A stretch of 64,000 bases of DNA, taken from contig CAYICB010000003.1 of the NCBI GenBank assembly GCA_964361825.1, forward strand, positions 2,643 through 66,642, in the 5' to 3' direction. Source of the DNA: an uncultured Candidatus Saccharibacteria bacterium. GTDB taxonomy: Bacteria > Patescibacteriota > Minisyncoccia > Phycocordibacterales > JACOZG01. Under the pieces are notes generated by a model. It was given only the letters and a program-made list of their open reading frames with translations, did not search any database and was not told the origin of the DNA. Both the position numbers and the translations under genes were made by a program. Positions 8,079-17,890 of this stretch are shown here, in pieces. Position 1 is the first letter of the stretch. Each line of letters opens with the position of its first letter.

Positions 8079-10196
8079 ATGTCTCTCGAACAAAAATCTA
8101 AGCTAATCCAAACCGCCAAAACCCTCTCTCTCGCCCTCATCCTCACCCTCGGCGCCCACCTCGCCATGGCCAACTGGACCCCACCACCCAATGCTCCTAC
8201 AACTTGTGATAGCAATCCCAGTTCGCCAAATTATGAGCCGGGTTGTGCGCTACCGATTAATGTTTCGGATATCCCACAAACCAAGACGGGGTTTTTACAG
8301 GTTGGTAAATTGATTTCTAATACCAATTTAGAATTTTTTGGAGAAATAATTCCCCCCACTCCTGGAACTGGGGTTGGTGGTGCCTGTGTCGAGGGTCAAA
8401 CAATTAAAAAGAACGACGATACTGGTGAATGGGAATGTACATATCTTGCTCCAGGACTTTGGGTATTTGATGGGATAGGGAGCATTAGACCTGCTGCGAC
8501 GGTTTTTGATGAAGTTCGAGCGGTTAAATTGCGTTTTGAGGGGGAACTTTTACCAGGCGTTCCTGGTACCCCCGCTTGTAATCCTAACCAAACTATTTTT
8601 AAATACGCCCCTAATGATTGGAGGTGCACCTCATTTGCTCCCGGCTATTGGATACTTGATGGAGGTGGACCGGGGCTTACCACAGATAGCGCAAGAGATG
8701 TTAAGATGCTAAAGAATATTCTTTTGCCGAATACTGATCCGGCCGGTACGGGGGGGGTGATAAAGTTCGGCGGACAGGATTTTATTCATAATAGGGGTTC
8801 AGACCAAAGTTTACTGATCAACACTTTTATTGGTGCTGGTGCTGGTGTTGGCACCGGAGATGGTGGTTTAGGAAATGTTGGTGTGGGGACGGAGGCTTTA
8901 ACGGCCGATAATATGACTGGTTTACGTAATATTGCGATTGGTTACGCGTCTCTAAGTAGTTTGACTGGGGGGAATAATAATATTGCCATAGGTTATTCGG
9001 CCGGTGGTAATCTTGGAGCCGGAGGAATTACTGCTAGCCACAACAACATCGCGATTGGTAAAGAGTCTTTGTATCTTGGTGATGGTGGTGATGAAAATGT
9101 TTTAGTCGGCAATGATACCATGAGGGAAAACACAAATACAACATCTGATTACAATGTTGGGATAGGGCAGGCAGCGCTTAGGGTTAATGTTGCGCCCGGG
9201 TTGGTGGCGGTTGGGAAAAATGCGCTAACCTCAAATACTTCAGGCGTGGCGAATGTTGCGGTTGGTTACGGTGCTTTGGCGGCCAATATTACCTCTGCAA
9301 GTAGTACTGCGGTTGGTTATCAGGCTCTAGCTAACAGTACGGCGGGTTTAAATACTGCTATTGGTAGTCAAGCTCTCCGTTCTAATACTGCGGGTACTAG
9401 TAATACTGCTATTGGTTGGCGCGCCCTGTATGAATTAGATGGTGAAGCTTTGGATGATAAAAATACTGTTATTGGGGCCGAGGCGAGCGATTATTTTGAG
9501 GGTGATAGCAACACAATCATCGGTTTTAATGCCGTCTCTAACCCACTTTCACGTCAAGCCAGAGGTAATGGTAATGTGGTGGTGGGAGCGGTGGCTGCGC
9601 AACAATTAGGAGACAATGCTTCCGCTGGCTCTACTGCTACTAGTTACGGTAACAATAATACTATTGTGGGTCACAATGCCGGCCCCACCCTTGTTTCTGG
9701 GGATAGTAACACATTGCTTGGTAATGGCGCCGATGTTACTGCGAGTGGTGTAATAGATGCGGTTGCTCTTGGACAAGGCTCACTTGCCAACAGTACTTCG
9801 ACGGCGGTTGGTCGCAATTCTAACGCTGCTGGTTTTAATTCCGTTGTGATTGGGGCAAATGCTTTTGCCACAGGAAACAACTCTGTGGTTATTGGCACGA
9901 ACGCGGCCTCCGGTGGAAGTGATGTGTTCATTCTTGGATCATCTGCTACCAAGGTCGGCATCAGAAACACTCTTCCTATTAGTCCTTTTCAGCTCGGTTC
10001 GCCTAGTAGTGCGGGTACACCCACCTACGGTCAAATGGATGTTGAGGGTGTTGTTGGAAATTTGAGCGACTGCAATGACATGACAGAAGCCGGGCGTTTT
10101 TATCTTAGTACTAGCACCATACCAAATCGTATGTATGTTTGTGCTATGGTCACGGCTTCTACATACAATTGGAGATATTTGACTCTTTCTCCGTAA
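8079..10196 (+). CDS. large secreted fibre/beta-helix repeat protein (NxAIGxxAL-type repeats, phage tail-fibre / YadA-head-like)
   Basis: signal peptide; same N-terminal W-PPP..TC..PGC..NVS..QTK module as the 6693 protein; >15 degenerate repeats N(T/I)A(I/V)G..AL..NT.G. Confidence 0.65.
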   Translation: MSLEQKSKLIQTAKTLSLALILTLGAHLAMANWTPPPNAPTTCDSNPSSPNYEPGCALPINVSDIPQTKTGFLQVGKLISNTNLEFFGEIIPPTPGTGVGGACVEGQTIKKNDDTGEWECTYLAPGLWVFDGIGSIRPAATVFDEVRAVKLRFEGELLPGVPGTPACNPNQTIFKYAPNDWRCTSFAPGYWILDGGGPGLTTDSARDVKMLKNILLPNTDPAGTGGVIKFGGQDFIHNRGSDQSLLINTFIGAGAGVGTGDGGLGNVGVGTEALTADNMTGLRNIAIGYASLSSLTGGNNNIAIGYSAGGNLGAGGITASHNNIAIGKESLYLGDGGDENVLVGNDTMRENTNTTSDYNVGIGQAALRVNVAPGLVAVGKNALTSNTSGVANVAVGYGALAANITSASSTAVGYQALANSTAGLNTAIGSQALRSNTAGTSNTAIGWRALYELDGEALDDKNTVIGAEASDYFEGDSNTIIGFNAVSNPLSRQARGNGNVVVGAVAAQQLGDNASAGSTATSYGNNNTIVGHNAGPTLVSGDSNTLLGNGADVTASGVIDAVALGQGSLANSTSTAVGRNSNAAGFNSVVIGANAFATGNNSVVIGTNAASGGSDVFILGSSATKVGIRNTLPISPFQLGSPSSAGTPTYGQMDVEGVVGNLSDCNDMTEAGRFYLSTSTIPNRMYVCAMVTASTYNWRYLTLSP

Positions 10197-10331
10197 AGGC
10201 TTGCGGCAAGGTTTAAAGCCCAAGGCCTACTGCAAGGACTCTCCTCCCAGCCACAAAGTCCAGCAAAGGCTTGGGTTTCTCTTTGTCCACAGATGTCAAG
10301 GAAAGTCCTTGCCAAAGTTTGCTAGAATTGA
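10197..10331. repeat. REP-like imperfect palindromes upstream of the IS200-like gene
   Basis: GCAAGGACT ... AGTCCTTGC inverted repeat plus related CAAGG/CCTTG motifs. Confidence 0.35.
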
Positions 10332-11015
10332 GTGATGCAAAGAAAGGTGGCTTTTGCTCCAGACGAGTTTTATCACCTATATAATCGCGGGAATGACAAA
10401 AGGACGATTTTTCTTGATCAAAATGATCAACTGAGATTTACTCTACTCCTTTGTGTGTCCAACAAGAAACAGACCGTTCACTTGAGTGATCTCTCCAATT
10501 GGCAAGGAGAGTCCTTGACAGCAATTTGGGGCAAAGATTTTGGTGAAAGTTTGGTTGATATTGGCGCTTATTGCTTAATGCCAAACCATTTTCATCTTTT
10601 GGTGCGAGAAAAAACAGATAACGGTATTTCGTTGTTTACTAAAAAACTGCTTACGGGGTATTCGATGTATTTTAACAAGAAACATCAACGAACGGGTAAA
10701 TTATTTGAAGGACCTTTTCGTGCCGAGCGTGTTGCTGAAGATCGACACCTCAAATATTTGTTTGCTTATATTCATCTAAATCCCGTAAAAATTACTGATC
10801 CTAAAAATTGGGAGAGAAAACTTATTCCTGATCCAGAACAGGCAAGGAAATTTTTGAATACCTACCGCTTTTCAAGCCATTTGTATTATGCGGGTCAACC
10901 AAGACCAGAAGATGTAATTCTTAATCCGGTGGCTTTCTCAGAATATTTTCAAAATAAAAAAGAGTTTGGCGAGTTTATCAACGATTGGCTAACATTTGAA
11001 GCCACAGAAAATTGA
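10332..11015 (+). mobile_element. IS200/IS605-like Y1 HUH transposase homologue (RAYT-like)
   Basis: HUH motif in CLMPNHFHLLV, IS200-like fold, conserved Tyr-containing C-terminal region; 227 aa. Confidence 0.7.
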
Positions 11016-11036
11016 TCATCGTGCTATAATTTCCCC

Positions 11037-12788
11037 ATGTGGTTAGACTCGGGGAAAGTCAAACAATTTCTCGTTGACTCTGATTTGGTTAGTGCCAAAG
11101 ATTTTACTGAAGCGGAGGCGGAGGCGAGTCAGGACAATAAATCATTGGAGGAGGTTTTGCTCAATTCCGGCAAAGTCTCGGAAGAAGATTTCCGTCGAAT
11201 GAAGGCTTATTTGCTCGGCATTCCGTATATTAGTTTGTCTAAGCTCAAGGTTGACAAAGAAATTTTGTTTTTGGTGCCCGAGCCAATTGCTCGCAAGCAT
11301 AATATTGTGGCTTTCGCGAGAAGTGATAAGGGTCTAGAGGTGGCGATGCTTGATCCGGAGGATCTCCAAGCGATTGAGTTTATTAAAAAAGGGGTGGGGC
11401 TCAAGATTTTGCCTCGGCTAACCGATACCGAGTCAATAAAAACCATTCTCTTGCAGTATCAGAAGAGTTTGAAGGCCGAGTTTGGCGATATTATTAAAAC
11501 CGAGGCAGGTAAAATTGGGTTAGTGCCCGAAGAAGCGGGCAAAGAGGTGGGTGAGGGTGAGCTTAAGAAATTAGCCGAAGATTTGCCGGTGGTGCGAATT
11601 GTCGACACCTTGCTCTCGCATGCGATCACCCAAAAGGCCTCTGATATCCATATTGAGCCCTTCGAAACCGAGGTGGTGGTGCGTTATCGGATTGATGGCG
11701 TTTTGCACGATGCAATGATTTTACCCAAGAATGCTGGTTCGGGCATTACGGCGCGGATCAAAATTTTGGCCAATTTGCGCTTGGACGAGAAGCGTTTGCC
11801 CCAAGATGGCCGGTTTAAGATTGAAGCGGCGGGGAATAAGGTGTCTTTTCGCGTTTCGATTTTGCCGACCTATTTTGGGGAGAAAATTGTGATGCGTTTA
11901 CTCCCTGATTCTTCGCGCGGACTTACCCTAGAGCAAGCGGGCTTCCACGGTTTAGGTTTGGAGCGAGTGCATGAGGCAATGCGGGGCACGGTGGGGATGA
12001 TTTTGGTCACTGGCCCTACCGGTTCGGGTAAAAGCACCACACTCTACACTATGATGGATATTCTTAATACGCCGGATGTAAATATTTCGACCATTGAGGA
12101 TCCAATTGAGTATCAGATGCCGCGGATCAATCAAACGCAGGTAAAACCAGATATTGGCCTCACTTTTGCTGCCGGCTTGCGCTCGCTGGTGCGCCAAGAC
12201 CCCGATATTATTATGGTCGGTGAGATTCGTGATAAAGAAACGGTGACGCTGGCCATCAATGCCGCGCTCACTGGCCACTTGGTACTCTCTACCCTCCACA
12301 CCAATTCGGCCGCCGGCACGATTCCGCGTTTGCTAGATATGGGAGCCGAAAGCTTCCTCATTATTTCTACGGCTAAGTTGATTGTGGGTCAGCGCTTGGT
12401 GCGTAAATTATGGCCGAGCAAAGAGGCTTACACCCTTTCGGAAGCTGAGCTTAAGAGTTTGGCGGCTAAGGTGGATCTTGATCGGATGCTTGAGCTTTTG
12501 CGGGCGGAAAGGGTGGTGAAGGAGAAGGCGAATTGGAAAGATATTCCTTTTTACCGCGCGAAGTCGGTGCCCGATTGCCTAGAGGGTTTCCAAGGTCGAG
12601 TGGGAATCCATGAGGTGCTGATGATGTCGTCCTCACTTAAAGAGTTGGTGATTGCCGGAGCTACCGCCGAGAAAATTGAGGCTCAAGCCAAAAAGGAAGG
12701 GATGATTACCATGCTCGAAGACGGCGTGTTTAAGGCGGTGAGTGGCGTGACCACCCTAGAGGAGGTGCTCCGCGTGGTTTCGGAGTAA
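11037..12788 (+). CDS. pilB: type IV pilus assembly ATPase PilB / GspE family
   Basis: GSPII_E N-terminal domains, Walker A GPTGSGKSTTLY, Asp/His boxes. Confidence 0.9.
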   Translation: MWLDSGKVKQFLVDSDLVSAKDFTEAEAEASQDNKSLEEVLLNSGKVSEEDFRRMKAYLLGIPYISLSKLKVDKEILFLVPEPIARKHNIVAFARSDKGLEVAMLDPEDLQAIEFIKKGVGLKILPRLTDTESIKTILLQYQKSLKAEFGDIIKTEAGKIGLVPEEAGKEVGEGELKKLAEDLPVVRIVDTLLSHAITQKASDIHIEPFETEVVVRYRIDGVLHDAMILPKNAGSGITARIKILANLRLDEKRLPQDGRFKIEAAGNKVSFRVSILPTYFGEKIVMRLLPDSSRGLTLEQAGFHGLGLERVHEAMRGTVGMILVTGPTGSGKSTTLYTMMDILNTPDVNISTIEDPIEYQMPRINQTQVKPDIGLTFAAGLRSLVRQDPDIIMVGEIRDKETVTLAINAALTGHLVLSTLHTNSAAGTIPRLLDMGAESFLIISTAKLIVGQRLVRKLWPSKEAYTLSEAELKSLAAKVDLDRMLELLRAERVVKEKANWKDIPFYRAKSVPDCLEGFQGRVGIHEVLMMSSSLKELVIAGATAEKIEAQAKKEGMITMLEDGVFKAVSGVTTLEEVLRVVSE

Positions 12789-12797
12789 AATTAAATT

Positions 12798-14003
12798 ATG
12801 CGCTTTCGTTATCGAGGCAAAACAGCAAACGGTGAGGAGACTGAAGGCTTGCGCGATGCCAAAGACAAGTTTGAATTATCGCGCGAGATGCGGAATCAGG
12901 GCATTACTTTAGTTTCGGCCGAGCTCGTGGTAGAGGAGAAGGGGTGGTTCAACCTCAATTTTTCTGGTCGGGTAAAAATGAAGGATAAGATTGTGTTTGC
13001 TTCTTCACTCGCCTCCATGATTTCGGCGGGGCTCTCGCTCGCGCGAGCGCTCAATGTAATTGAGCGGCAAACTAAAGCTAAGGGTTTTAAAGAAATTATC
13101 AAAACGCTGGAAGAAAAGATCAAAAATGGCGAGAGCTTTAGCGCGGCGCTGGCCACTTTTCCTAAAGTTTTTCCGCCGGTATTTGTGGCCATGACCTCGG
13201 CGGGTGAAGAATCGGGTAAATTGCCGGCGGCGCTCCAAACGGTGGGGGAGCAAATGGCCAAGAGTTATGAATTGCGGCGCAAGGTAAAAGGCGCAATGAT
13301 TTATCCAGCAATTATTATTGTGGTGATTATTATTATCGCCATTTTGATGATGATCTTTCTGGTGCCCAATATCACCTCGCTCTTTAAGGAGATGAATGTG
13401 GAATTACCACTCTCCACGCGCGTGGTGATTTTTACCAGCGACCTTATTAGCGGCCACCCGATTTTATTTTTTGCTGGTTTGCTGGCGCTGGTTTCGGGGT
13501 TTGTGTCGCTGACACGAAGTAATTTTGGCCATCAGCTAATCTCGCGGGCGGTGTTGCGCCTACCCCTGTTTAAAGTGATTGCAAAACAAATGAATTCGGC
13601 GATGACCATGCGCACCTTATCTTCTTTGCTCTCGGCGGGCGTGGGAATGGTTGAAGCCATCAATATTACTGGGAAAGTGGTGCAGAATCCGGTATATCAA
13701 AAAGCGTTGACGGAAGCGGCGGCGGCTATTTCTAAGGGCGAAGTGTTGTCGAACATTTTTAAGGCCAAAGAAGATATTTATCCGGTGTTGGTGGGAGAAA
13801 TGGCCGAGGTGGGCGAGGAAACCGGTAATTTAACCGGCATGTTGGAAAAAGGCGCCACGCTTTATGAGGAGGAGGTTAATCAAGCTACTAAAAATCTCTC
13901 CACCATTATTGAGCCCGTGCTCATGATTATTATTGGGATTGCGGTGGGCTTTTTTGCTGTTTCGATGATGGGGCCAATTTACTCTTTGAGTAATCAAATC
14001 TAA
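12798..14003 (+). CDS. pilC: type IV pilus platform protein PilC / GspF family
   Basis: two GspF repeats, polytopic membrane protein. Confidence 0.85.
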   Translation: MRFRYRGKTANGEETEGLRDAKDKFELSREMRNQGITLVSAELVVEEKGWFNLNFSGRVKMKDKIVFASSLASMISAGLSLARALNVIERQTKAKGFKEIIKTLEEKIKNGESFSAALATFPKVFPPVFVAMTSAGEESGKLPAALQTVGEQMAKSYELRRKVKGAMIYPAIIIVVIIIIAILMMIFLVPNITSLFKEMNVELPLSTRVVIFTSDLISGHPILFFAGLLALVSGFVSLTRSNFGHQLISRAVLRLPLFKVIAKQMNSAMTMRTLSSLLSAGVGMVEAINITGKVVQNPVYQKALTEAAAAISKGEVLSNIFKAKEDIYPVLVGEMAEVGEETGNLTGMLEKGATLYEEEVNQATKNLSTIIEPVLMIIIGIAVGFFAVSMMGPIYSLSNQI

Positions 14004-15824
14004 ATGAAAGCAAAAGGCAAAAGGCAAAAGGCAAAAGTGGCGGGGGGGTTCACCCTGGTCGAAACTTTGGTGGGCGTCTTTTTATTTTCGATGTTGGCGC
14101 TCGCGATTTATCAGGGGTATTTGGCGGTGTTGGCGCTCTCGCGCTCGGCGCAATATAAGAGTTTGGCTACTTTGGTGGCTAATGACCAAATTGAATGGAT
14201 TAGAAATGTCGAGTATGAGGATGTGGGTATTTTAAACGGTTTGCCGGCGGGAGTAATTCCGCGCGAGGCTACCAAAACGGTTAGCAATATCACCTTTGAT
14301 CTCACTACCACGATTCGCAATATCGATGACCCCTTCGATGGGACGATTGGTGGTAGTCCCAACGATCTTTCTCCGGCTGATAATAAATTGGTTGAAGTGG
14401 AGGTGGGGTGTAGCACTTGCCCCAATTTTTCTCCGGTGATTATTACGACCACGGTGGCGCCAAAAAATCTGGAGACTACCTCGGGGAACGGGGCGCTTTT
14501 TGTGCAAGTGTTGGATGCCAGTGGCTTGCCAATCACCGAGGCGGAAGTAACGGTAGAAAATGCTTCGGCGATACCGCCCCTTACTATTCAAGATGAAACC
14601 AATAATTCGGGCATGTTGCAATTGGTGGATGTGCCACCCGGCGACTTGGTTTATGAAGTTACCGCCACCAAAGACGGTTATTCCGTAGCGCAAACTTATG
14701 CCATTGATCCCGCCACCAACCCTAACCCGATTCCGCCCCATGCCACGGTGGTGGCGGGTCAAGTAACGCAACTTAGTTTGGCGATTGATCGAGTGAGCGA
14801 GTTTGAGATTGGCACCAAAACCAGTACTTGCAGTGCGGTGCCAAGCGTGACCTTCAACCTTCGGGGTAATAAATTAATTGGCACTTTGCCCGATATTTTT
14901 AAGTTTAGTCAAAATTACACCAGCGATAGTGGCGGGAAGAAAACGGTGGGTGATTTGGAGTGGGATACTTATAATTTTACTTTAACTGGTGGCACTTATG
15001 ATTTAGCGGGGACGATCCCGCTTTTGCCTATCGCTCTCACCCCCGACACTACTCAAGAGGTGTCTCTGGTTTTGCGCGCCAAGGACCCCAAGGCCTTGAT
15101 GGTGACGGTAAAGGATGCGGTGACGGGTTTGCCACTATCAGATGCTTCGGTGCATCTCACCGGCAGCGGGGTTGATGAAACCGAGGTAACCAATCGCGGT
15201 TTTTTCCGTCAGACTGATTGGTCCGGGGGCGAAGGGCAGGATGTTTTTACCGTCAATAATCGTTTTTTTGCCACGGATGGCAATATTGATTTTGACACCC
15301 AGGTGGGAGACCTTAAGTTAAAAAATATTTTGGGTACTTATGTGGTGGATGGCTATTTAGAATCTTCAGCCTTCGATACTGGCGGCAATCAAGCGACTTA
15401 TTACAATTTAAGTTGGAGCCCGGGCACTCAACCGGTAGAAACTGGCGCCGACAGCATTAAGTTTCAGGTGGCCGCCTCTAGTTCACCCGCTGGACCTTGG
15501 GATTATACTGGACCAGATGGCACGGCGAGCACCTTCTATACCGCGAGCGACACCAATATCTCCAATGTGGTTTATAATCAACGCTATCTGCGTTATAAGG
15601 TTTTTTTGAGTACCACTGACCCCCTGTTTACCCCAACGATTTCTGATGTCGCGATTACTTATGGCACGGAGTGTTTACCTTATGGCCAAGTCCTGTTTAA
15701 TAATTTAACGGCCAATAGTTACAATTTAGATATTACGAAAACCGGCTATCAAGCTTATAGTGATAATGCCGTGAGCACCGCCGCCGAGTGGCAAAATTGG
15801 GAAGCCTCGTTACAACCAAATTAA
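14004..15824 (+). CDS. large prepilin-type protein (pseudopilin, 606 aa)
   Basis: N-terminal class III signal GFTLVETLV plus hydrophobic helix. Confidence 0.75.
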   Translation: MKAKGKRQKAKVAGGFTLVETLVGVFLFSMLALAIYQGYLAVLALSRSAQYKSLATLVANDQIEWIRNVEYEDVGILNGLPAGVIPREATKTVSNITFDLTTTIRNIDDPFDGTIGGSPNDLSPADNKLVEVEVGCSTCPNFSPVIITTTVAPKNLETTSGNGALFVQVLDASGLPITEAEVTVENASAIPPLTIQDETNNSGMLQLVDVPPGDLVYEVTATKDGYSVAQTYAIDPATNPNPIPPHATVVAGQVTQLSLAIDRVSEFEIGTKTSTCSAVPSVTFNLRGNKLIGTLPDIFKFSQNYTSDSGGKKTVGDLEWDTYNFTLTGGTYDLAGTIPLLPIALTPDTTQEVSLVLRAKDPKALMVTVKDAVTGLPLSDASVHLTGSGVDETEVTNRGFFRQTDWSGGEGQDVFTVNNRFFATDGNIDFDTQVGDLKLKNILGTYVVDGYLESSAFDTGGNQATYYNLSWSPGTQPVETGADSIKFQVAASSSPAGPWDYTGPDGTASTFYTASDTNISNVVYNQRYLRYKVFLSTTDPLFTPTISDVAITYGTECLPYGQVLFNNLTANSYNLDITKTGYQAYSDNAVSTAAEWQNWEASLQPN

Positions 15825-15825
15825 T

Positions 15826-16416
15826 ATGCATCAAAAAACCCAAGGTTTTGGCTTGCTTGAGTTGCTCGTTAGTTTGAGTATTTTTGTGGGTATTTTGTGG
15901 TTGCTGGGCAATTTTCAGGTCAATGTTTTTTCGCAAAATAATTTTATCGGCAGTGGTTTAAACGCCGAATTCGAGACCCGCACTTCGCTCAAAAAGTTGA
16001 TTGCCGAATTGCGCGCCGCCGTCATCTCCGACACCGGCACTTACCCCATTGCTTTGGCCACGGGGTCAGCGCTCACTTTCTATAGTGATCGGGATGGTGA
16101 TGGCTTAGTGGAGCAAATCCGTTTTTATGTTTCGGGAAATAAAATTTATAAAGGCGTCATTAAACCCACCGGAGCGCCTTTGAGTTACGTGGCGGGAAAT
16201 GAGAAAATTACTACGGAAGTAAATTTTATTACCAATCCCACGACCGTGTTCACTTATTTTGATGCGAATACGGCGCAATTAAATGAGCCGATCAATTTAC
16301 CCGAGGTGCGCTTGATTAAAATTACTTATACTGTGGACGAGAACGCTAGCCGCCCACCCGCTCCGCTAACGCTAAGCGCTCAAGTGAGTGTGCGGAGTCT
16401 TAAATTTCAACAATGA
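15826..16416 (+). CDS. prepilin-type minor pilin
   Basis: N-terminal GFGLLELLVSLSIFV cleavage/methylation motif. Confidence 0.7.
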   Translation: MHQKTQGFGLLELLVSLSIFVGILWLLGNFQVNVFSQNNFIGSGLNAEFETRTSLKKLIAELRAAVISDTGTYPIALATGSALTFYSDRDGDGLVEQIRFYVSGNKIYKGVIKPTGAPLSYVAGNEKITTEVNFITNPTTVFTYFDANTAQLNEPINLPEVRLIKITYTVDENASRPPAPLTLSAQVSVRSLKFQQ

Positions 16417-17882
16417 AGAATTTACGCGGCTATATTGTAATTCAGGCTTTAGTCTTTGGTGGCATTGGCGTGTTGCTAATTGGCGCCTTGGCTGGTTGGG
16501 CGAAGGTGAGTATTGTGGGTGCGCGCCAATTAACCGACCGCGAGCGCGCCTTCCAGATTGCCGAAGCGGGGATTGAGTATTATCGCTGGCACTTAGCTCA
16601 TGCCGCCACCGATTATCAAGATGGCACTGGTGGTTCGGGGCCATACCTGCATGATTATGAAGATAAGAATGGCGAGGTGGTGGGTAGTTTTACGCTCACC
16701 ATTACCCCGCCGCCCATTGGTTCTACGGTGGTGACGGTTTTATCGGAGGGGCGAGTCTTGAGTAATCCCGCCGCGGTGCGCAAGATTGAGGCTAAACTCG
16801 CGATTCCCTCCATTGCTAAGTATGCTTTTGTGGCCAATTCGGTAATGCGTTTTGGTTCGGGAACAGAAGTTTTTGGACCCATTCATTCTAATGATGGCAT
16901 TCGTTTTGATGGCTTGGTGCATAATTTAGTCACAAGTGCCAAGAGTGATTATGATGATCCGGATCATACTGGCAACAATGAGTTTGCGGTGCACACGCAT
17001 GTGACCGCGCCGCCCGGCTCGGGAGTTAATGACAGCTTTCGTTCTCAAGAGGCCCCACCCACCAGTCCGGTGCCCACGCGCAATGATGTGTTTTTGGCGG
17101 GTCGGCAGTTCCCGGTGCCGGCGGTGGATTTTGTGGGTTTTACCAATGATATGGCGACGATGAAGACTGATGCTCAAACCGGCGGCTTTTATCGGGGCGC
17201 TTCCGGCGGCAATGGTTATCGAGTGGTTTTGCGTACTGATGACACCTTCGATCTCTATCGAGTCAATAGTTTGCGCAATCCCCCGAGCGGCTGCAGTGCT
17301 TCTAGTCAAACGGGTTGGGGTACTTGGAGTATTGGCACTAGTGGCAGTTCGCAAACCAATTTGGGCCGGCAAAGTTTGCCGGCCAACGGCCTAATTTTTC
17401 TCGAGGATCATGTGTGGGTGGAGGGTCAGATTGATAGCGCGCGAGTAACCATTGCCTCGGCGCGTTTCCCCGAGAATCCTTCTACTTATACTAGTATCAC
17501 GGTTAATGAGGATCTCAAGTATACCAATTATGATGGCCAAGATGTGTTGGCGCTAATCGCCCAAAACAATATCAATATCGGTTTGTTTAGTGATAATAAT
17601 TTACAAATTGACGCCGCCTTAGTGGCCAAAAATGGCCGAGTGGGCAGGTATTATTATGAAAGTGATTGTCGTTTGAGTGGGACCAATTGGTATATTAGAA
17701 GCACGATTACTTTGTTTGGGATGATTGGCACCAATTTGCGTTACGGTTTTGCTTATACTGATGGCACTGGTTATCAAACGCGCAATATCAATTACGATGC
17801 CAACCTTCTCTACGGCCCACCGCCCTCCTTCCCTCTGACCTCCGATCAATACTCCACCATCTCCTGGCGCGAAGTGCCTTAG
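16413..17882 (+). CDS. pilus-associated protein (PilX-like, N-terminal TM anchor)
   Basis: N-terminal hydrophobic helix; translationally coupled to the upstream minor pilin. Confidence 0.45.
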   Translation: MKNLRGYIVIQALVFGGIGVLLIGALAGWAKVSIVGARQLTDRERAFQIAEAGIEYYRWHLAHAATDYQDGTGGSGPYLHDYEDKNGEVVGSFTLTITPPPIGSTVVTVLSEGRVLSNPAAVRKIEAKLAIPSIAKYAFVANSVMRFGSGTEVFGPIHSNDGIRFDGLVHNLVTSAKSDYDDPDHTGNNEFAVHTHVTAPPGSGVNDSFRSQEAPPTSPVPTRNDVFLAGRQFPVPAVDFVGFTNDMATMKTDAQTGGFYRGASGGNGYRVVLRTDDTFDLYRVNSLRNPPSGCSASSQTGWGTWSIGTSGSSQTNLGRQSLPANGLIFLEDHVWVEGQIDSARVTIASARFPENPSTYTSITVNEDLKYTNYDGQDVLALIAQNNINIGLFSDNNLQIDAALVAKNGRVGRYYYESDCRLSGTNWYIRSTITLFGMIGTNLRYGFAYTDGTGYQTRNINYDANLLYGPPPSFPLTSDQYSTISWREVP

Positions 17883-17890
17883 CTTAAACT

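Noticed and set aside
14111-14771. Minus-strand ORFs within the 606-aa pseudopilin gene
   Set aside because: The plus-strand gene has a prepilin signal and operon context; the minus ORFs have no start context or features.
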